A stretch of DNA of 64,000 nucleotides from Bdellovibrio sp. (GCA_020720425.1 DYOP01000001.1:33306-97305), one strand, 5' to 3'. Counted from the first letter of the stretch, positions 1 through 13,500 are shown. Program-made: numbers and translations. Notes: generated by a model not told the origin, from the letters alone.

Positions 1-476
1 TTTGATAAATTTGCAAACCCCCTCGATACAGCAAATTCAATAGAGGCATCTGGCAGCTTTTCAATAGGGGTTGCAACAGCTTGAACATTTTTAAGACCCA
101 AAGCATGAATAGCGGATTTTAAAAATTCAACTTTGCGAATATCGACATCAATCAACTGTACATTGACATCAGGATATAAAATACCAAAAATAATTCCAGG
201 AAATCCGTTACCAGAGCCAATATCATATAAAAGACCCTTAACCCCTGCCTTTTCATATAATATACGGCTGGCTAAAATTGAGTCTGCAAAATGAATAACA
301 TCCGCTACAGGCAAGGTCCTAGGGCTAATTAAATTGAGCGTTTGATTATACTTAACAATAAGGTCAAAAAACTTATGCAAACTCTCGAGCGTTACTTTAT
401 CTGTTTTTGAAAACCACTCAGGAATTCTCCACGGTAACACTTGATTGGTTGATTTTGGATCGACGGGTTGACTCAT
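1..476 (-). CDS. rsmG: 16S rRNA m7G527 methyltransferase RsmG (GidB); 3' end cut by window edge
   Basis: Not in the ORF track because it runs off the edge. My minus-strand translation from ATG at 476 reads MSQPVDPKSTNQVLPWRIPEWF...LLYDIGSGNGFPGIIFGILYPDVNVQLIDV... DIGSGNGFPGI is the RsmG SAM-binding motif. It lies directly downstream of mnmG (conserved gidA-gidB pair). It overlaps the mnmG 3' end by 59 nt if the ATG at 476 is used. Confidence 0.85.
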   Translation of the reverse strand, partial: MSQPVDPKSTNQVLPWRIPEWFSKTDKVTLESLHKFFDLIVKYNQTLNLISPRTLPVADVIHFADSILASRILYEKAGVKGLLYDIGSGNGFPGIIFGILYPDVNVQLIDVDIRKVEFLKSAIHALGLKNVQAVATPIEKLPDASIEFAVSRGFANLS

Positions 477-2346
477 TTAAGCCTGCTCTTTCTTTTAGCT
501 TTAAATATACCAAAATAGATTGAATAGCAGAAGGATTAACTCCGCTTACACGCTGGGCCTGCCCAATGGTCCTGGGTTTAACTTTAGAAAGCTTTTCGAC
601 TTCCTCAATTGATAAGCCCTTAATAAGCGAATAATCCAAATCAGGCGGTAACAAGTGCTTTTCTAATTTTTGAGTTTGCTCGATTAACTCAAGTTGCTTT
701 TTAATATAACCTGAGTACTTAACTTCAATTTCAACAGCCTCACAAACTTCAGGAGGAGGCAAATGGGGCAAACCAATATCAAATAAAAAATTACAATTAA
801 CCTCAGGGCGCCGAAGCATCTCTTCGAATGTAATAGATTTACTTAAAACAGTTGTGCCTTTTGAAGACAAGATATCTTGAAGTTGAGCCGTTGGATAAAG
901 TCGTTTAGATTTTAACAAAGATAAAAATTCAACCCTCTCCGAATCAAAACGAGATAAAATATCAAGGTGCTTAGGGGGCAAAATCCCAATATCTTGAGTT
1001 AATCTAAATAGTCTATCAAGGGTATTATCTTCACGCAAAACCAAACGATGCTCCGCTCGAGAAGTTAGCATACGATAGGGCTCACTTGTCCCTTTGGTAA
1101 CTAAATCATCAATCAAAACCCCTATATAAGCTTGATCTCGTCCTAATACAATTTGATCTCTTTCTGAAATTTTGAAAGCCGCATTGACACCCGCCATAAA
1201 CCCTTGTGCTGCGGCCTCTTCATACCCACTCGTACCATTAATTTGACCCGCCAAAAAAAGATTTTGCAAAGGGCGAGTTTCAAGGGTGTGGTAAATCTGA
1301 GTGGGTAACACAAAATCATACTCAACCGCGTACCCATAGCGAAGAACCTTTACATTTTCAAGCCCTTCAATGGTTTTTAAAAACTGCATCTGAACATCTT
1401 CAGGTAAAGAGGTCGAAATGCCCTGTAAGTAAATTGAATTCGTATCTAGCCCTTCGGGCTCTAAAAAGGTTTGGTGACTTGTTCTATCTGCAAACTTAAC
1501 AATTTTATCTTCGATACTCGGACAATAACGAGGCCCCACGCCCTCAATAACCCCGCCATATAAAGGAGATTTATGTAAATTCGATCTAATAATATCATGA
1601 GTAACCTCAGAGGTGCGACTCAGGTAACATGCCACCTGGCTTAATTGAGGGGCCTTTGGCGATCTGTAACTAAATGGATAAAAATTAGAGTCTCCCCACT
1701 GAGGTATTAATTTATCCCAATTAATTGAATTTTTATCAAGCCTTGCCGGCGTGCCGGTTTTAAGTCTTTGCACCTGAAAACCAAAATCTTTTAATTGATC
1801 AGATAAGCCAATGCTGGCACTATCGCCCACTCGGCCACCCGCTATTTGATTAAAACCAATATGCATAACCGCGTTTAAAAAAGTTCCTGTGGTCACAATA
1901 ACAGCTTTAGCCCTAATAGATGAGCCATCAGATAAGGTAACACCATTAACTATATTACCTTGTTCTATAATAACTGATTTAACCTCTTGCTCTAAAAGTG
2001 ACAAATTGGGTTCTGAGCGTAGTAACTCAGTCATATACGAAATATATTTAGCCTTATCAGACTGCATTCGAGTGCCCCTGACCGCAGGCCCTTTACTTAA
2101 ATTTAAACGCTTATACTGAATGCAGGTTGCATCAGCAGCCAGGCCCATTTGCCCACCTAATACATCAAGCTCTCTAACCATATGCCCTTTTGCTAAACCG
2201 CCGATTGAAGGGTTGCATGACATGTAGCCAATGCGTGAGATATTAGATGTTACCATGAGGGTTTTAAGACCAAGTCTCGCCGTTGCTAAACAAGCCTCGA
2301 TCCCCGCGTGACCTGCGCCAACAACAATGACATCATAATTAAACAT
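418..2346 (-). CDS. mnmG: tRNA uridine 5-carboxymethylaminomethyl modification enzyme MnmG (GidA)
   Basis: 642 aa. N-terminal FAD fold VIVVGAGHAGIEA, GidA-type core (GPRYCPSIEDK). Conserved position next to mnmE and rsmG. Confidence 0.95.
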   Translation of the reverse strand: MFNYDVIVVGAGHAGIEACLATARLGLKTLMVTSNISRIGYMSCNPSIGGLAKGHMVRELDVLGGQMGLAADATCIQYKRLNLSKGPAVRGTRMQSDKAKYISYMTELLRSEPNLSLLEQEVKSVIIEQGNIVNGVTLSDGSSIRAKAVIVTTGTFLNAVMHIGFNQIAGGRVGDSASIGLSDQLKDFGFQVQRLKTGTPARLDKNSINWDKLIPQWGDSNFYPFSYRSPKAPQLSQVACYLSRTSEVTHDIIRSNLHKSPLYGGVIEGVGPRYCPSIEDKIVKFADRTSHQTFLEPEGLDTNSIYLQGISTSLPEDVQMQFLKTIEGLENVKVLRYGYAVEYDFVLPTQIYHTLETRPLQNLFLAGQINGTSGYEEAAAQGFMAGVNAAFKISERDQIVLGRDQAYIGVLIDDLVTKGTSEPYRMLTSRAEHRLVLREDNTLDRLFRLTQDIGILPPKHLDILSRFDSERVEFLSLLKSKRLYPTAQLQDILSSKGTTVLSKSITFEEMLRRPEVNCNFLFDIGLPHLPPPEVCEAVEIEVKYSGYIKKQLELIEQTQKLEKHLLPPDLDYSLIKGLSIEEVEKLSKVKPRTIGQAQRVSGVNPSAIQSILVYLKLKERAGLNESTRRSKINQSSVTVENS

Positions 2347-2356
2347 AAACTACCTT

Positions 2357-3760
2357 TTATTTACCAATACAAAAATCCGAAAAAATCTGATCCAAAATGT
2401 CATCATCAAAGTGATGCCCAATGACCTTTTGTATAGCCAAATAAGCTTGCCTTAATGTCATCGAAACAAGTTCATGTCCCATTCCCGTTTCTAGCTCAAA
2501 TATGGCTTGATTAATGCTTTTTCGGGCCATTAAAATTTGTTCAAACTGACGACTGTGTAACAAAAGAGAGTGGTCCTTGTCGAGCTTTTCTGAGTAAAAA
2601 TGCTTTAATGTACTAAAAATTACAGATTTAGCTTTTGCTGGCTCCAAGTGTGAAATCCAAAAACATAAACGTAAATCAAGCTTATAACGATTTATAAACT
2701 GCTCAAGCAGAATCTGCTGATCATAATCTTTAACCAGATCACTTTTAGTAAAAATAACGGCCCACTTTTTTTGTTTTAAATCTAAAACCGATTGTAAAGT
2801 TAAAATTTGCTGATCAAATGGCAAAGTGCCGTCTAAAATCAAAAAAACAAGATCAGAATCTTCAAAAGCCTTAATTGATTTATTTATACCTAATCGCTCA
2901 ATCTGATCATGAGCCTCATGAATACCCGCCGTGTCTAAAAAATTAAACTTGATACCATCAACAAAAACCGTTTGCTCTATAATGTCCCGAGTTGTTCCCG
3001 CAATCGAAGTAACAATTGCACGATCTTGATTAGCTAATATGTTAAGTAATGTTGATTTACCCGCATTAGGTAGCCCTATCAGGGGAACAAAAAAGCCCTG
3101 CTTCAATAGCTCCCCTGAGTTAAAGTATTGCTCGACCTGCTCAATGCTATCTAAAATAGATTTAAGCTGAGCTAAGAGAAAATCATTCGAAGAAAGCTCA
3201 ATCCCTTCGGTTGAAAAATCAATACCCGCCTCAATTTGACCCAATACACGAATAATGGATTGCTCAAGCTTGATAAACTGATTAGAAAACTCGCCTTTTA
3301 AATGTCTATAGCTTTGAATAGCCTGTTCTGCAGACTCAGAATGAATTAATCCTAAAACCCCCTGGGCCTGAACTAAATCTAACCGCCCACTCATAACCGA
3401 GCGAAAACTAAACTCGCCTGGCTCAGCCATTCTTGCGCCTAATAAAATTAATTCTTTAATTAAAAGATCTACAATCGACATAGATCCATGCACCGAAAAC
3501 TCGAGGGTCTCTTCGTTTGTATAAGACTTTTGAGGGGCAAAGTAAGTAACAATGCCCTCGTCAAAATAACAATTATTTAATTTAGAAAAAAATTTGGTAA
3601 AATAGACCCTATGGGATTCAATCGGCCCCGTAAGCTGAGGGGCCAGCGATTTTAAAAAAAGTCCGACCCCATGACCAGTAGCCCTAACAACAGCTAAAGC
3701 ACTTTGACCGGGAGGCGTTGAAAGAGCACAAATAATATCTCCTTCTTTAAATTTAATCAT
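2357..3760 (-). CDS. mnmE: tRNA modification GTPase MnmE (TrmE)
   Basis: 467 aa. G-domain motifs GLPNAGKSTLLN and DTAGI. Canonical C-terminal CIGK. Confidence 0.95.
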   Translation of the reverse strand: MIKFKEGDIICALSTPPGQSALAVVRATGHGVGLFLKSLAPQLTGPIESHRVYFTKFFSKLNNCYFDEGIVTYFAPQKSYTNEETLEFSVHGSMSIVDLLIKELILLGARMAEPGEFSFRSVMSGRLDLVQAQGVLGLIHSESAEQAIQSYRHLKGEFSNQFIKLEQSIIRVLGQIEAGIDFSTEGIELSSNDFLLAQLKSILDSIEQVEQYFNSGELLKQGFFVPLIGLPNAGKSTLLNILANQDRAIVTSIAGTTRDIIEQTVFVDGIKFNFLDTAGIHEAHDQIERLGINKSIKAFEDSDLVFLILDGTLPFDQQILTLQSVLDLKQKKWAVIFTKSDLVKDYDQQILLEQFINRYKLDLRLCFWISHLEPAKAKSVIFSTLKHFYSEKLDKDHSLLLHSRQFEQILMARKSINQAIFELETGMGHELVSMTLRQAYLAIQKVIGHHFDDDILDQIFSDFCIGK

Positions 3761-3766
3761 AAAAGA

Positions 3767-4324
3767 TTACTCAGCAGAAGAATCAAAATCTCCCTCGTTA
3801 TCTGCCATAGGAGTAGAGGCCAAATAAATTTTAATTTTTTTGAAGTTACCCTCACCTACTGAACGAGTTTTAATTCTGAGATCCTCAGATAAATGCCTAT
3901 GAATAATTTTTCTATCTTTAGGTGGTAACGCCCGACAGTAAACAGGTCGTTTTTTATTAATAACAGAATCCCTTAACTTTTCTGCCAAATCAATCAGCTC
4001 TCGCTCATTGGCCTCCGAAAAGCCAGCCGCATCGACCAAAATTTGAGTCTTATCATCGGGCCAACGATTTAAAACAACTCTTTTTAAGAAAATCGAAATG
4101 GCTTCTAAAACTTGACCTTCTTTTTGACATAAAAACTCATCGTCATTACCATGAAGTTCAACTTGAACTAAAGATTCGCCTTCTTGATTGGCACCTTCGG
4201 TAACGGTAGCTTCTACATCAAATCCAGCCACCTCAATAAGAGAGCCAATGGCCTGTTCGACAAGCCCTCGGGGATCTTGAGGGTCTTTGTTTCCACCACC
4301 AAAAAGTTTTTTAAAAAAATTCAT
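3767..4324 (-). CDS. jag: Jag/KhpB-type KH-R3H RNA-binding protein
   Basis: 185 aa. Conserved position between yidC and mnmE. C-terminal R3H-like segment (IIHRHLSEDLRIKTRSVGEG). Confidence 0.75.
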   Translation of the reverse strand: MNFFKKLFGGGNKDPQDPRGLVEQAIGSLIEVAGFDVEATVTEGANQEGESLVQVELHGNDDEFLCQKEGQVLEAISIFLKRVVLNRWPDDKTQILVDAAGFSEANERELIDLAEKLRDSVINKKRPVYCRALPPKDRKIIHRHLSEDLRIKTRSVGEGNFKKIKIYLASTPMADNEGDFDSSAE

Positions 4325-4335
4325 ATCCCTACCTC

Positions 4336-5952
4336 CTAAGATGCATGCTTTTCATGCATAAAAAATTGCTGTTGTAGAACTCCAAAAAGGGTGCTGATAA
4401 AAATATAAAGCGTTAAGCCCGAAGGCAATGAAAGGGTAAACAAAGTAAATACAATAGGCATCCACTGTAATATTTTAGCTTGCTGTGGGTCCATAGTTGT
4501 TGGTGTCAATTTTTGTTGAACAAACATGGTAACTCCCATAAGAGCCGGTAACACATAAAAAGGATCTTTGGCTGATAAATCCGTTATCCAACCAAAAAAG
4601 GGAGCTTGATAGAGTTCAATAGATTGACCTAGCACTTGATAGAGCGCAAAAAAGATCGGCATCTGCAAAAGCATAGGTAAGCATCCACCCAAGGGATTTA
4701 CTTTTTCATTTTTCATAATGCTCATGGTTTCTTTATTTAACGCCATGGGGTCTTCTTTATATTTTTCTCGGGCCGCCTGTAAAAGCGGCTGAATCTTTTG
4801 CATACGTTTCATCGATTTATATGACATAATATTAAAAGGTGCCACCAACAAACGAACTAAAAAAGTTAATATAATAATAGATAGGCCCCAATTGCTGGCA
4901 TAGTTCTGAATAAATTTTAAAAGCTTTAGCAACACATGTCCAATTGAACTAAAAAAACCAAAATTAACAACTTTTACAAACTCAGCATCTGCATTATTTA
5001 ATAGTTCAAAAGATTTTGAACCAATAAACCCTTTCTGGGTAACACTTTGAATGTTACCCGTATTGGGAAAGTTATAATTAATAAATGATTTTAAATATCC
5101 ATTTTCTAGTTTAATACTAGCCTCAGGCGCGAGTTGTGACTGATCAATTATAGCTAAAGTAAAATATTGAGTCGAAAGAGCTAGCAACTTGGCCCTTGCC
5201 ATAGACTGATTGGTATCAACTTTTGCAACGACGTAATCTGTTTCGTCGGCATTTGATATAACAAACTCTTGAATATCAAGATTAGGAACTAAAAAAGAAC
5301 TCCCCGTTGACTCTTTAAATTTTTTGTCAATATTTATAAAAAAGCCGGTAAACTGGGGGCCCTTATTTTCTATTCGAACCACTGATTTAAATGCGCCTGT
5401 CGAGCTATCAAAGTCCATTTGACGAATAATTTTTGTGCCATCTAATAAAGTTGTCGTTCCTATAAAAGAAAGCTCAGAAACTTTTTGAACAATAAAACTC
5501 ATAGGCTGAACACTTTTAAATTCATAGAGGGCAAAGACCAGTTCATCTGAAATAAAATTCACCTTCTGACCTGACCTGTCATTAATTGTATGAGACTTAA
5601 TTTGAGTTAAGCCCATTCCAACCGAAGAAAGCTTAGCTGACCAAGATTGAGTATTAATATCAAACAACTCTGCGGACTGAGGTAAAAGCCTGTCTCCACC
5701 AGATAAAGCCAGATTTGATTTTAACCCCTGATCGGTATTGGATAGGGCGGGCTGACCACCCGGTGGCGTCGGCGGTTGAACGGCCTGCGCCCCTAGTGCG
5801 GGATCTTGCGCCTGATTTGTTTTAGGTTGATAATAGCTAGGGTATTTTGATTCTAGATATTTCTGCCAACCAAAAAAACCAAGCCCAACAAGAATAACAA
5901 CAATGATCGTCTTTTTATCAAAGGCGTTCGAGGAACCAAAATCAAAACTCAT
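4336..5952 (-). CDS. yidC: membrane protein insertase YidC
   Basis: 538 aa. N-terminal TM, large periplasmic domain, C-terminal 60-kDa insertase core (GGCLPMLLQMPIFFALY). Conserved rnpA-yidD-yidC order. Confidence 0.95.
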   Translation of the reverse strand: MSFDFGSSNAFDKKTIIVVILVGLGFFGWQKYLESKYPSYYQPKTNQAQDPALGAQAVQPPTPPGGQPALSNTDQGLKSNLALSGGDRLLPQSAELFDINTQSWSAKLSSVGMGLTQIKSHTINDRSGQKVNFISDELVFALYEFKSVQPMSFIVQKVSELSFIGTTTLLDGTKIIRQMDFDSSTGAFKSVVRIENKGPQFTGFFINIDKKFKESTGSSFLVPNLDIQEFVISNADETDYVVAKVDTNQSMARAKLLALSTQYFTLAIIDQSQLAPEASIKLENGYLKSFINYNFPNTGNIQSVTQKGFIGSKSFELLNNADAEFVKVVNFGFFSSIGHVLLKLLKFIQNYASNWGLSIIILTFLVRLLVAPFNIMSYKSMKRMQKIQPLLQAAREKYKEDPMALNKETMSIMKNEKVNPLGGCLPMLLQMPIFFALYQVLGQSIELYQAPFFGWITDLSAKDPFYVLPALMGVTMFVQQKLTPTTMDPQQAKILQWMPIVFTLFTLSLPSGLTLYIFISTLFGVLQQQFFMHEKHAS

Positions 5953-6275
5953 TAAATCTCTCCCGAATGTTTTTGATTCAATCCAAAATGATGAGAGCAG
6001 GATTGAACTTGACTGTATTTATTTGGATACTCAGGAACAGGGTCATAGCCCTGTCCACCAAAGGGGTGGCAAGAAAGCACTCGCTTTGTACTTAAAAAAA
6101 GTGCTTTCCAAAAAGGTAATCTATGAAACGCGGTTAATGCATAGCACGAACAAGATGGCTCATATCGACAGTTTCCGCCTAAATAAGGTGATAACAATAA
6201 TTGATAGCCTCTAATTAAAAATAAAAAAACATAATTAAGGCCATTTGAAAAAAACCTAACTAATAGACAACACAA
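5952..6275 (-). CDS. yidD: membrane protein insertion efficiency factor YidD (start uncertain)
   Basis: Core YQLLLSPYLGGNCRYEPSCSCYALTAFHRLPFWKA...CHPFGGQGYDPVP is the YidD signature. The 145-aa ORF in the track extends far into rnpA in another frame. I place the start at an in-frame TTG at 6275; ATG at 6332 is the alternative. The stop overlaps the yidC ATG (TAATG). Confidence 0.8.
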   Translation of the reverse strand: MCCLLVRFFSNGLNYVFLFLIRGYQLLLSPYLGGNCRYEPSCSCYALTAFHRLPFWKALFLSTKRVLSCHPFGGQGYDPVPEYPNKYSQVQSCSHHFGLNQKHSGEI

Positions 6276-6603
6276 TTTGATTGCAGGATTTTTGAATCGT
6301 GTAAAAAAAAGAGTCTGATTTAATGTTTTCATTTGAAATTTTCCGAGTGATAATAAATAAAACGTCAATGTGTGCCACGGTCTGGTCATTTCTAAAAAAC
6401 TCTCTGACTTTGCGCTTGATTTTATTTCTTTTAACTGAGTTTACGTATTTAGAACTTGCAGAAAAGCCCAAACGAAATTGTCCTACATCATTTTTTTTAA
6501 AAACAAAAACAATTCCGTTTGATAGTCTAATTCGCTTACCCTGCTTATAAAGTCGCTCAAAATCAGATCGACGAGACAGTGGAGTAATCAGATTATTTGC
6601 CAC
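6256..6603 (-). CDS. rnpA: ribonuclease P protein component
   Basis: 115 aa, basic, with an RNR-type box ([12 protein letters not shown]). GTG start at 6603 overlaps the rpmH 3' end by 11 nt. Conserved rpmH-rnpA order. Confidence 0.9.
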   Translation of the reverse strand: MANNLITPLSRRSDFERLYKQGKRIRLSNGIVFVFKKNDVGQFRLGFSASSKYVNSVKRNKIKRKVREFFRNDQTVAHIDVLFIITRKISNENIKSDSFFYTIQKSCNQIVLSIS

Positions 6604-6742
6604 CTACAGAAACAGTCAGTCTTTTTCGACCTTTAGCTCTTCGACGAGATAAAACATCCCGGCCGTCTTTAGTGGCCATACGTGCTCTAAAACCATGAAC
6701 TTTTGCTCGTTTTTTATTAGAGGGTTGGTAGGTTCGTTTCAT
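6593..6742 (-). CDS. rpmH: 50S ribosomal protein L34
   Basis: Below the ORF-track size cutoff. My translation from ATG at 6742 reads [49 protein letters not shown], then TAA at 6595-6593. This is the classic L34 sequence. Confidence 0.95.
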   Translation of the reverse strand: MKRTYQPSNKKRAKVHGFRARMATKDGRDVLSRRRAKGRKRLTVSVGGK

Positions 6743-6882
6743 ATTTGCTCCTTACGTCGTTCAATAAGTGATTACGACAAAAACTGGGGTTTTTCAAAAT
6801 TGATCTGTACTTATAACTGATATGCAGCAATCTGGTCAAGAATTGAAAACAAATTCATTCGTTGGTATCTATGTCAGCTTAA

Positions 6883-8325
6883 ATGGGGGGTTTATTGGAA
6901 AATTATGATGAACAAGACAATTTATTGTGGGGTGAAATTAAGGCCCACCTCCTTTCAAAAAACCCTGATAATAAGCATCTAAAGGCTTGGTTAGACCCAA
7001 TAAAATATATAAAGACTAAAACGACAGACCAAGGGCCCACTCTGGTATTAACTGTACCAAGTGATTTTCATCGTAACTATGTCATTGAATCTCTTTTAGA
7101 TAAAATTTTTATAGAAATGCGAATGGTTTACCCTAAAGCTCTTATTGATATCATCGTTAATCATAGCGAAAAAGACCAAGATGTATCAGACTTTTTAGAA
7201 GAACCCTATGTTAACCAAGAAATAACCGACCCTCTATCATTTAACTCCTATCCCTCTCATAACAAACTGCCAAACCAAGGTGATAAAAAGAAAACCTCAT
7301 ATTTAGATCCCAATTTTACATTTTCAACATTTGTTGTGGGTAGAAATTCTGAATTTGCTCATGCAGCTTGTTATAATGTGGCTAAAAACCCAGGCCAAGG
7401 GGGATATAATCCTCTTCTTATTTGCGGACCTGTAGGAATGGGAAAAACTCACTTACTTCACGCTGTAGGTCATGAAATTGCTAAGGCTTCACCTCATTTA
7501 AAAATTTTATATCTTCAGGCTGAACACTTTTTAAACGAGTTTATTTCGGCCGTAAGAAATAAAAAAACAGATGATTTTAGATCTAAATATCGCGACAAAG
7601 TCGATATTTTACTTTTTGATGATACACAGTTTATTGGTAAAGGCGAATCTACGCAGGAAGAATTTTTTCATATTTTTAATTCCCTAATAGACAAAAAAAA
7701 ACAAATTGTCTTGGCCTCTGATCGTCGCCCAAAAGACATACTCAAACTTGAAGATCGTAATCGCTCAAGGCTTGAATGGGGACTTACTGTTGATATAACG
7801 ATGCCTGACTACGAAACAAGAGTCGCCATTTTAAGATATAAGGCCGAACTTTTAGGAATGAGACTTTCTGAAGACGTAGTTACCCATATTGCAAAAGTAT
7901 CAAAAAGATCTATTCGCGAAATTGAAGGAAATTTAAAAACAGTTAAAATGTTTAGCGAACTTCAAGGTGTCAATATTGATTTAGGTTTAACAAAAAGAGT
8001 TCTGACCTCTACTGAGTCACAAAATACAATTACTGTCGATGAGATTATTAAAATTGTATCAGATCATTTTAATATAAAATTAAGTGATCTAAAATCATCA
8101 ACTCGCGCTAAAACAATAGTTGTTCCGCGTCAAATGGCCATGTTCTTAATTAAAAAACATCTTGATAAATCCTATTCTGAAATTGGGCGTTATTTTGGTA
8201 AGCGTGATCACACGACCGTTATGAATGCCATTTTCAGAATTAATACTCTACATGCCAAAGATTTAGATATTCGCAACCATATTGAAGACTTAACAACTCA
8301 AATCCACAATATCACGGGGGTGTGA
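6883..8325 (+). CDS. dnaA: chromosomal replication initiator DnaA
   Basis: 480 aa. AAA+ Walker A GPVGMGKTHL. Domain IV DNA-binding helix (VPRQMAMFLIKKHLDKSYSEIGRYFGKRDHTTVMNA). Confidence 0.97.
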   Translation: MGGLLENYDEQDNLLWGEIKAHLLSKNPDNKHLKAWLDPIKYIKTKTTDQGPTLVLTVPSDFHRNYVIESLLDKIFIEMRMVYPKALIDIIVNHSEKDQDVSDFLEEPYVNQEITDPLSFNSYPSHNKLPNQGDKKKTSYLDPNFTFSTFVVGRNSEFAHAACYNVAKNPGQGGYNPLLICGPVGMGKTHLLHAVGHEIAKASPHLKILYLQAEHFLNEFISAVRNKKTDDFRSKYRDKVDILLFDDTQFIGKGESTQEEFFHIFNSLIDKKKQIVLASDRRPKDILKLEDRNRSRLEWGLTVDITMPDYETRVAILRYKAELLGMRLSEDVVTHIAKVSKRSIREIEGNLKTVKMFSELQGVNIDLGLTKRVLTSTESQNTITVDEIIKIVSDHFNIKLSDLKSSTRAKTIVVPRQMAMFLIKKHLDKSYSEIGRYFGKRDHTTVMNAIFRINTLHAKDLDIRNHIEDLTTQIHNITGV

Positions 8326-8545
8326 ATAACCGATGTGTATAAACCCAGGGATAAACCGGTTAACAATTTTGTGGATAAGTTTGTCCACAAAAAAAGAGGG
8401 AATTAAACCTAAATAAAGCACTCCCTTATCCACATTGATTGTCTAATGTTTACAAATGCTTATCAAGTTTGATAGGTTTTCCATGCCCCTACTACGACGA
8501 CGTAATTTATATATAAGGTATTAGTATAATAAGATATTAAGGAAA
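8321..8545. promoter_or_regulatory. candidate oriC: DnaA-box cluster plus AT-rich tract in the dnaA-dnaN spacer
   Basis: Nine-mers matching TTATCCACA with 0-1 mismatch: 8321-8329 TGTGAATAA (rc TTATTCACA), 8334-8342 TGTGTATAA (rc TTATACACA), 8370-8378 TGTGGATAA (rc perfect), 8381-8389 TTGTCCACA, 8426-8434 TTATCCACA (perfect). An AT-rich run lies at about 8503-8543. Gene orientation flips at rpmH|dnaA. Confidence 0.7.
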
Positions 8546-8550
8546 CACTC

Positions 8551-9660
8551 ATGCATATAAAAATTGAAAAAAAATCATTAGAATTACTTTTATTTCAAGC
8601 TCAAACGGTTGTTGAAAAAAAAACAAATAATAATCAGCTTATGAATGTTTACCTTAAGGTCGAAAAAAATGAGCTATTTATTTATGCTACAGATCTTGAA
8701 GTGGGACTCGTTGGCCAAATTGCTTGTGAAGTTTTTAAAGAAGGAACGGCTGCAGTTAATGCCAAAACTTTTTACGAAGTGACTCATGAATTATCTGATT
8801 CTCCTATTTTTTTAGAAAGCAAAGAAAATAATTGGCTTGATATAAAACAAGATAAATTTCAATCTAAAATTATTGGAATCCCTCCAGAAGTGTATCCTAT
8901 GTTTGCTCTTAAACAGCCAAAATCCTGGTTAACCCTACCAGGAGACAAATTAAAAAATCTAATTTCTAAAACTGACTATGCCATGTCAAACGATGTTACA
9001 AGAACTTATCTCTATGGAATTTATTTAGAACAAACATCAGAAAATGATTTTACTATGGTTGCAACGGACGGACATAGATTAGCTGTAGCTAACGAAAGTT
9101 TTGATAATATAAATCAAAAACTTTTCGAAGAAGGGATTATTATTCCTAAAAAAGGAATCATCGAAATTAAAAAATTAATCGAAGATAGTTCGAATAAAGA
9201 AATAAAAATTTCAACAGATAAAACTCAATTCTACATACAAAGACCAGGGGTCACTTTATCAATAAGGTTAGTTGAACATAAATATCCACCCTTTAGAAAA
9301 CTTATTCCGAAAAATAAATATGTAGCGACTATTAACCGAAATACATTACTATCTTCAGTTAAAAGAGTTTCATTATTTTCGAGTTTAAAATCAAAAGCTA
9401 TTAGCATTCAGCTCAATGAAAATGTTATGCAAATTAATACAATCACATTTGAGTTAGGTGATGCTTTTGATGAAATAAATATTAATTATGATGGGCCTAA
9501 AATGACGGTAACATATAATTCAAAATTTTTAATTGATGCTTTAAATACGATTGAAGATTCAGAACTTGAATTACTGATTGATAACCCTGAAAAAGCAGCC
9601 ATCATTAGAGGTAAAAAAGCTAACGAATATATTAATATTATTATGCCTATGAGAGTATAA
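8551..9660 (+). CDS. dnaN: DNA polymerase III beta sliding clamp
   Basis: 369 aa. ATDGHRLA motif. Conserved position after dnaA. Confidence 0.95.
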   Translation: MHIKIEKKSLELLLFQAQTVVEKKTNNNQLMNVYLKVEKNELFIYATDLEVGLVGQIACEVFKEGTAAVNAKTFYEVTHELSDSPIFLESKENNWLDIKQDKFQSKIIGIPPEVYPMFALKQPKSWLTLPGDKLKNLISKTDYAMSNDVTRTYLYGIYLEQTSENDFTMVATDGHRLAVANESFDNINQKLFEEGIIIPKKGIIEIKKLIEDSSNKEIKISTDKTQFYIQRPGVTLSIRLVEHKYPPFRKLIPKNKYVATINRNTLLSSVKRVSLFSSLKSKAISIQLNENVMQINTITFELGDAFDEININYDGPKMTVTYNSKFLIDALNTIEDSELELLIDNPEKAAIIRGKKANEYINIIMPMRV

Positions 9661-9976
9661 AAAGTATGTTTCGAAATAAGTTACCCTTAAAACAGTCTAA
9701 ATTGAGTTAGATTAAGGGATAATGTAAAACACAAACGGGGGAATTTAAAATAGAACTGTTTCAAACTTTCAAATTATCTTTACTATATAATTTTTGAGAA
9801 TATTTTTGAAAGTAATTAGGCATAAAAATAATATGAAAAAATCTAATTTTTTAGTGAAATTTTGACAAAAGTTGGAACACAAAAACGCCCTTTTAAATAG
9901 GACTCAAAATAAAATGAGTCTAATTATGAGAAAATCCTAATTTAAAAATATAAGTAACATACAAGAAAGTAAGACA

Positions 9977-13500
<3,524 letters not shown>

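Noticed and set aside
5952-6389. Full 145-aa version of the yidD ORF.
   Set aside because: The N-terminal ~40-60 codons overlap rnpA out of frame and carry no YidD-like sequence. The conserved YidD core starts later, so the ORF was trimmed.
6743-6882. rpmH-dnaA spacer as the replication origin.
   Set aside because: I could not find any 9-mer within one mismatch of TTATCCACA there, whereas the dnaA-dnaN spacer has five.
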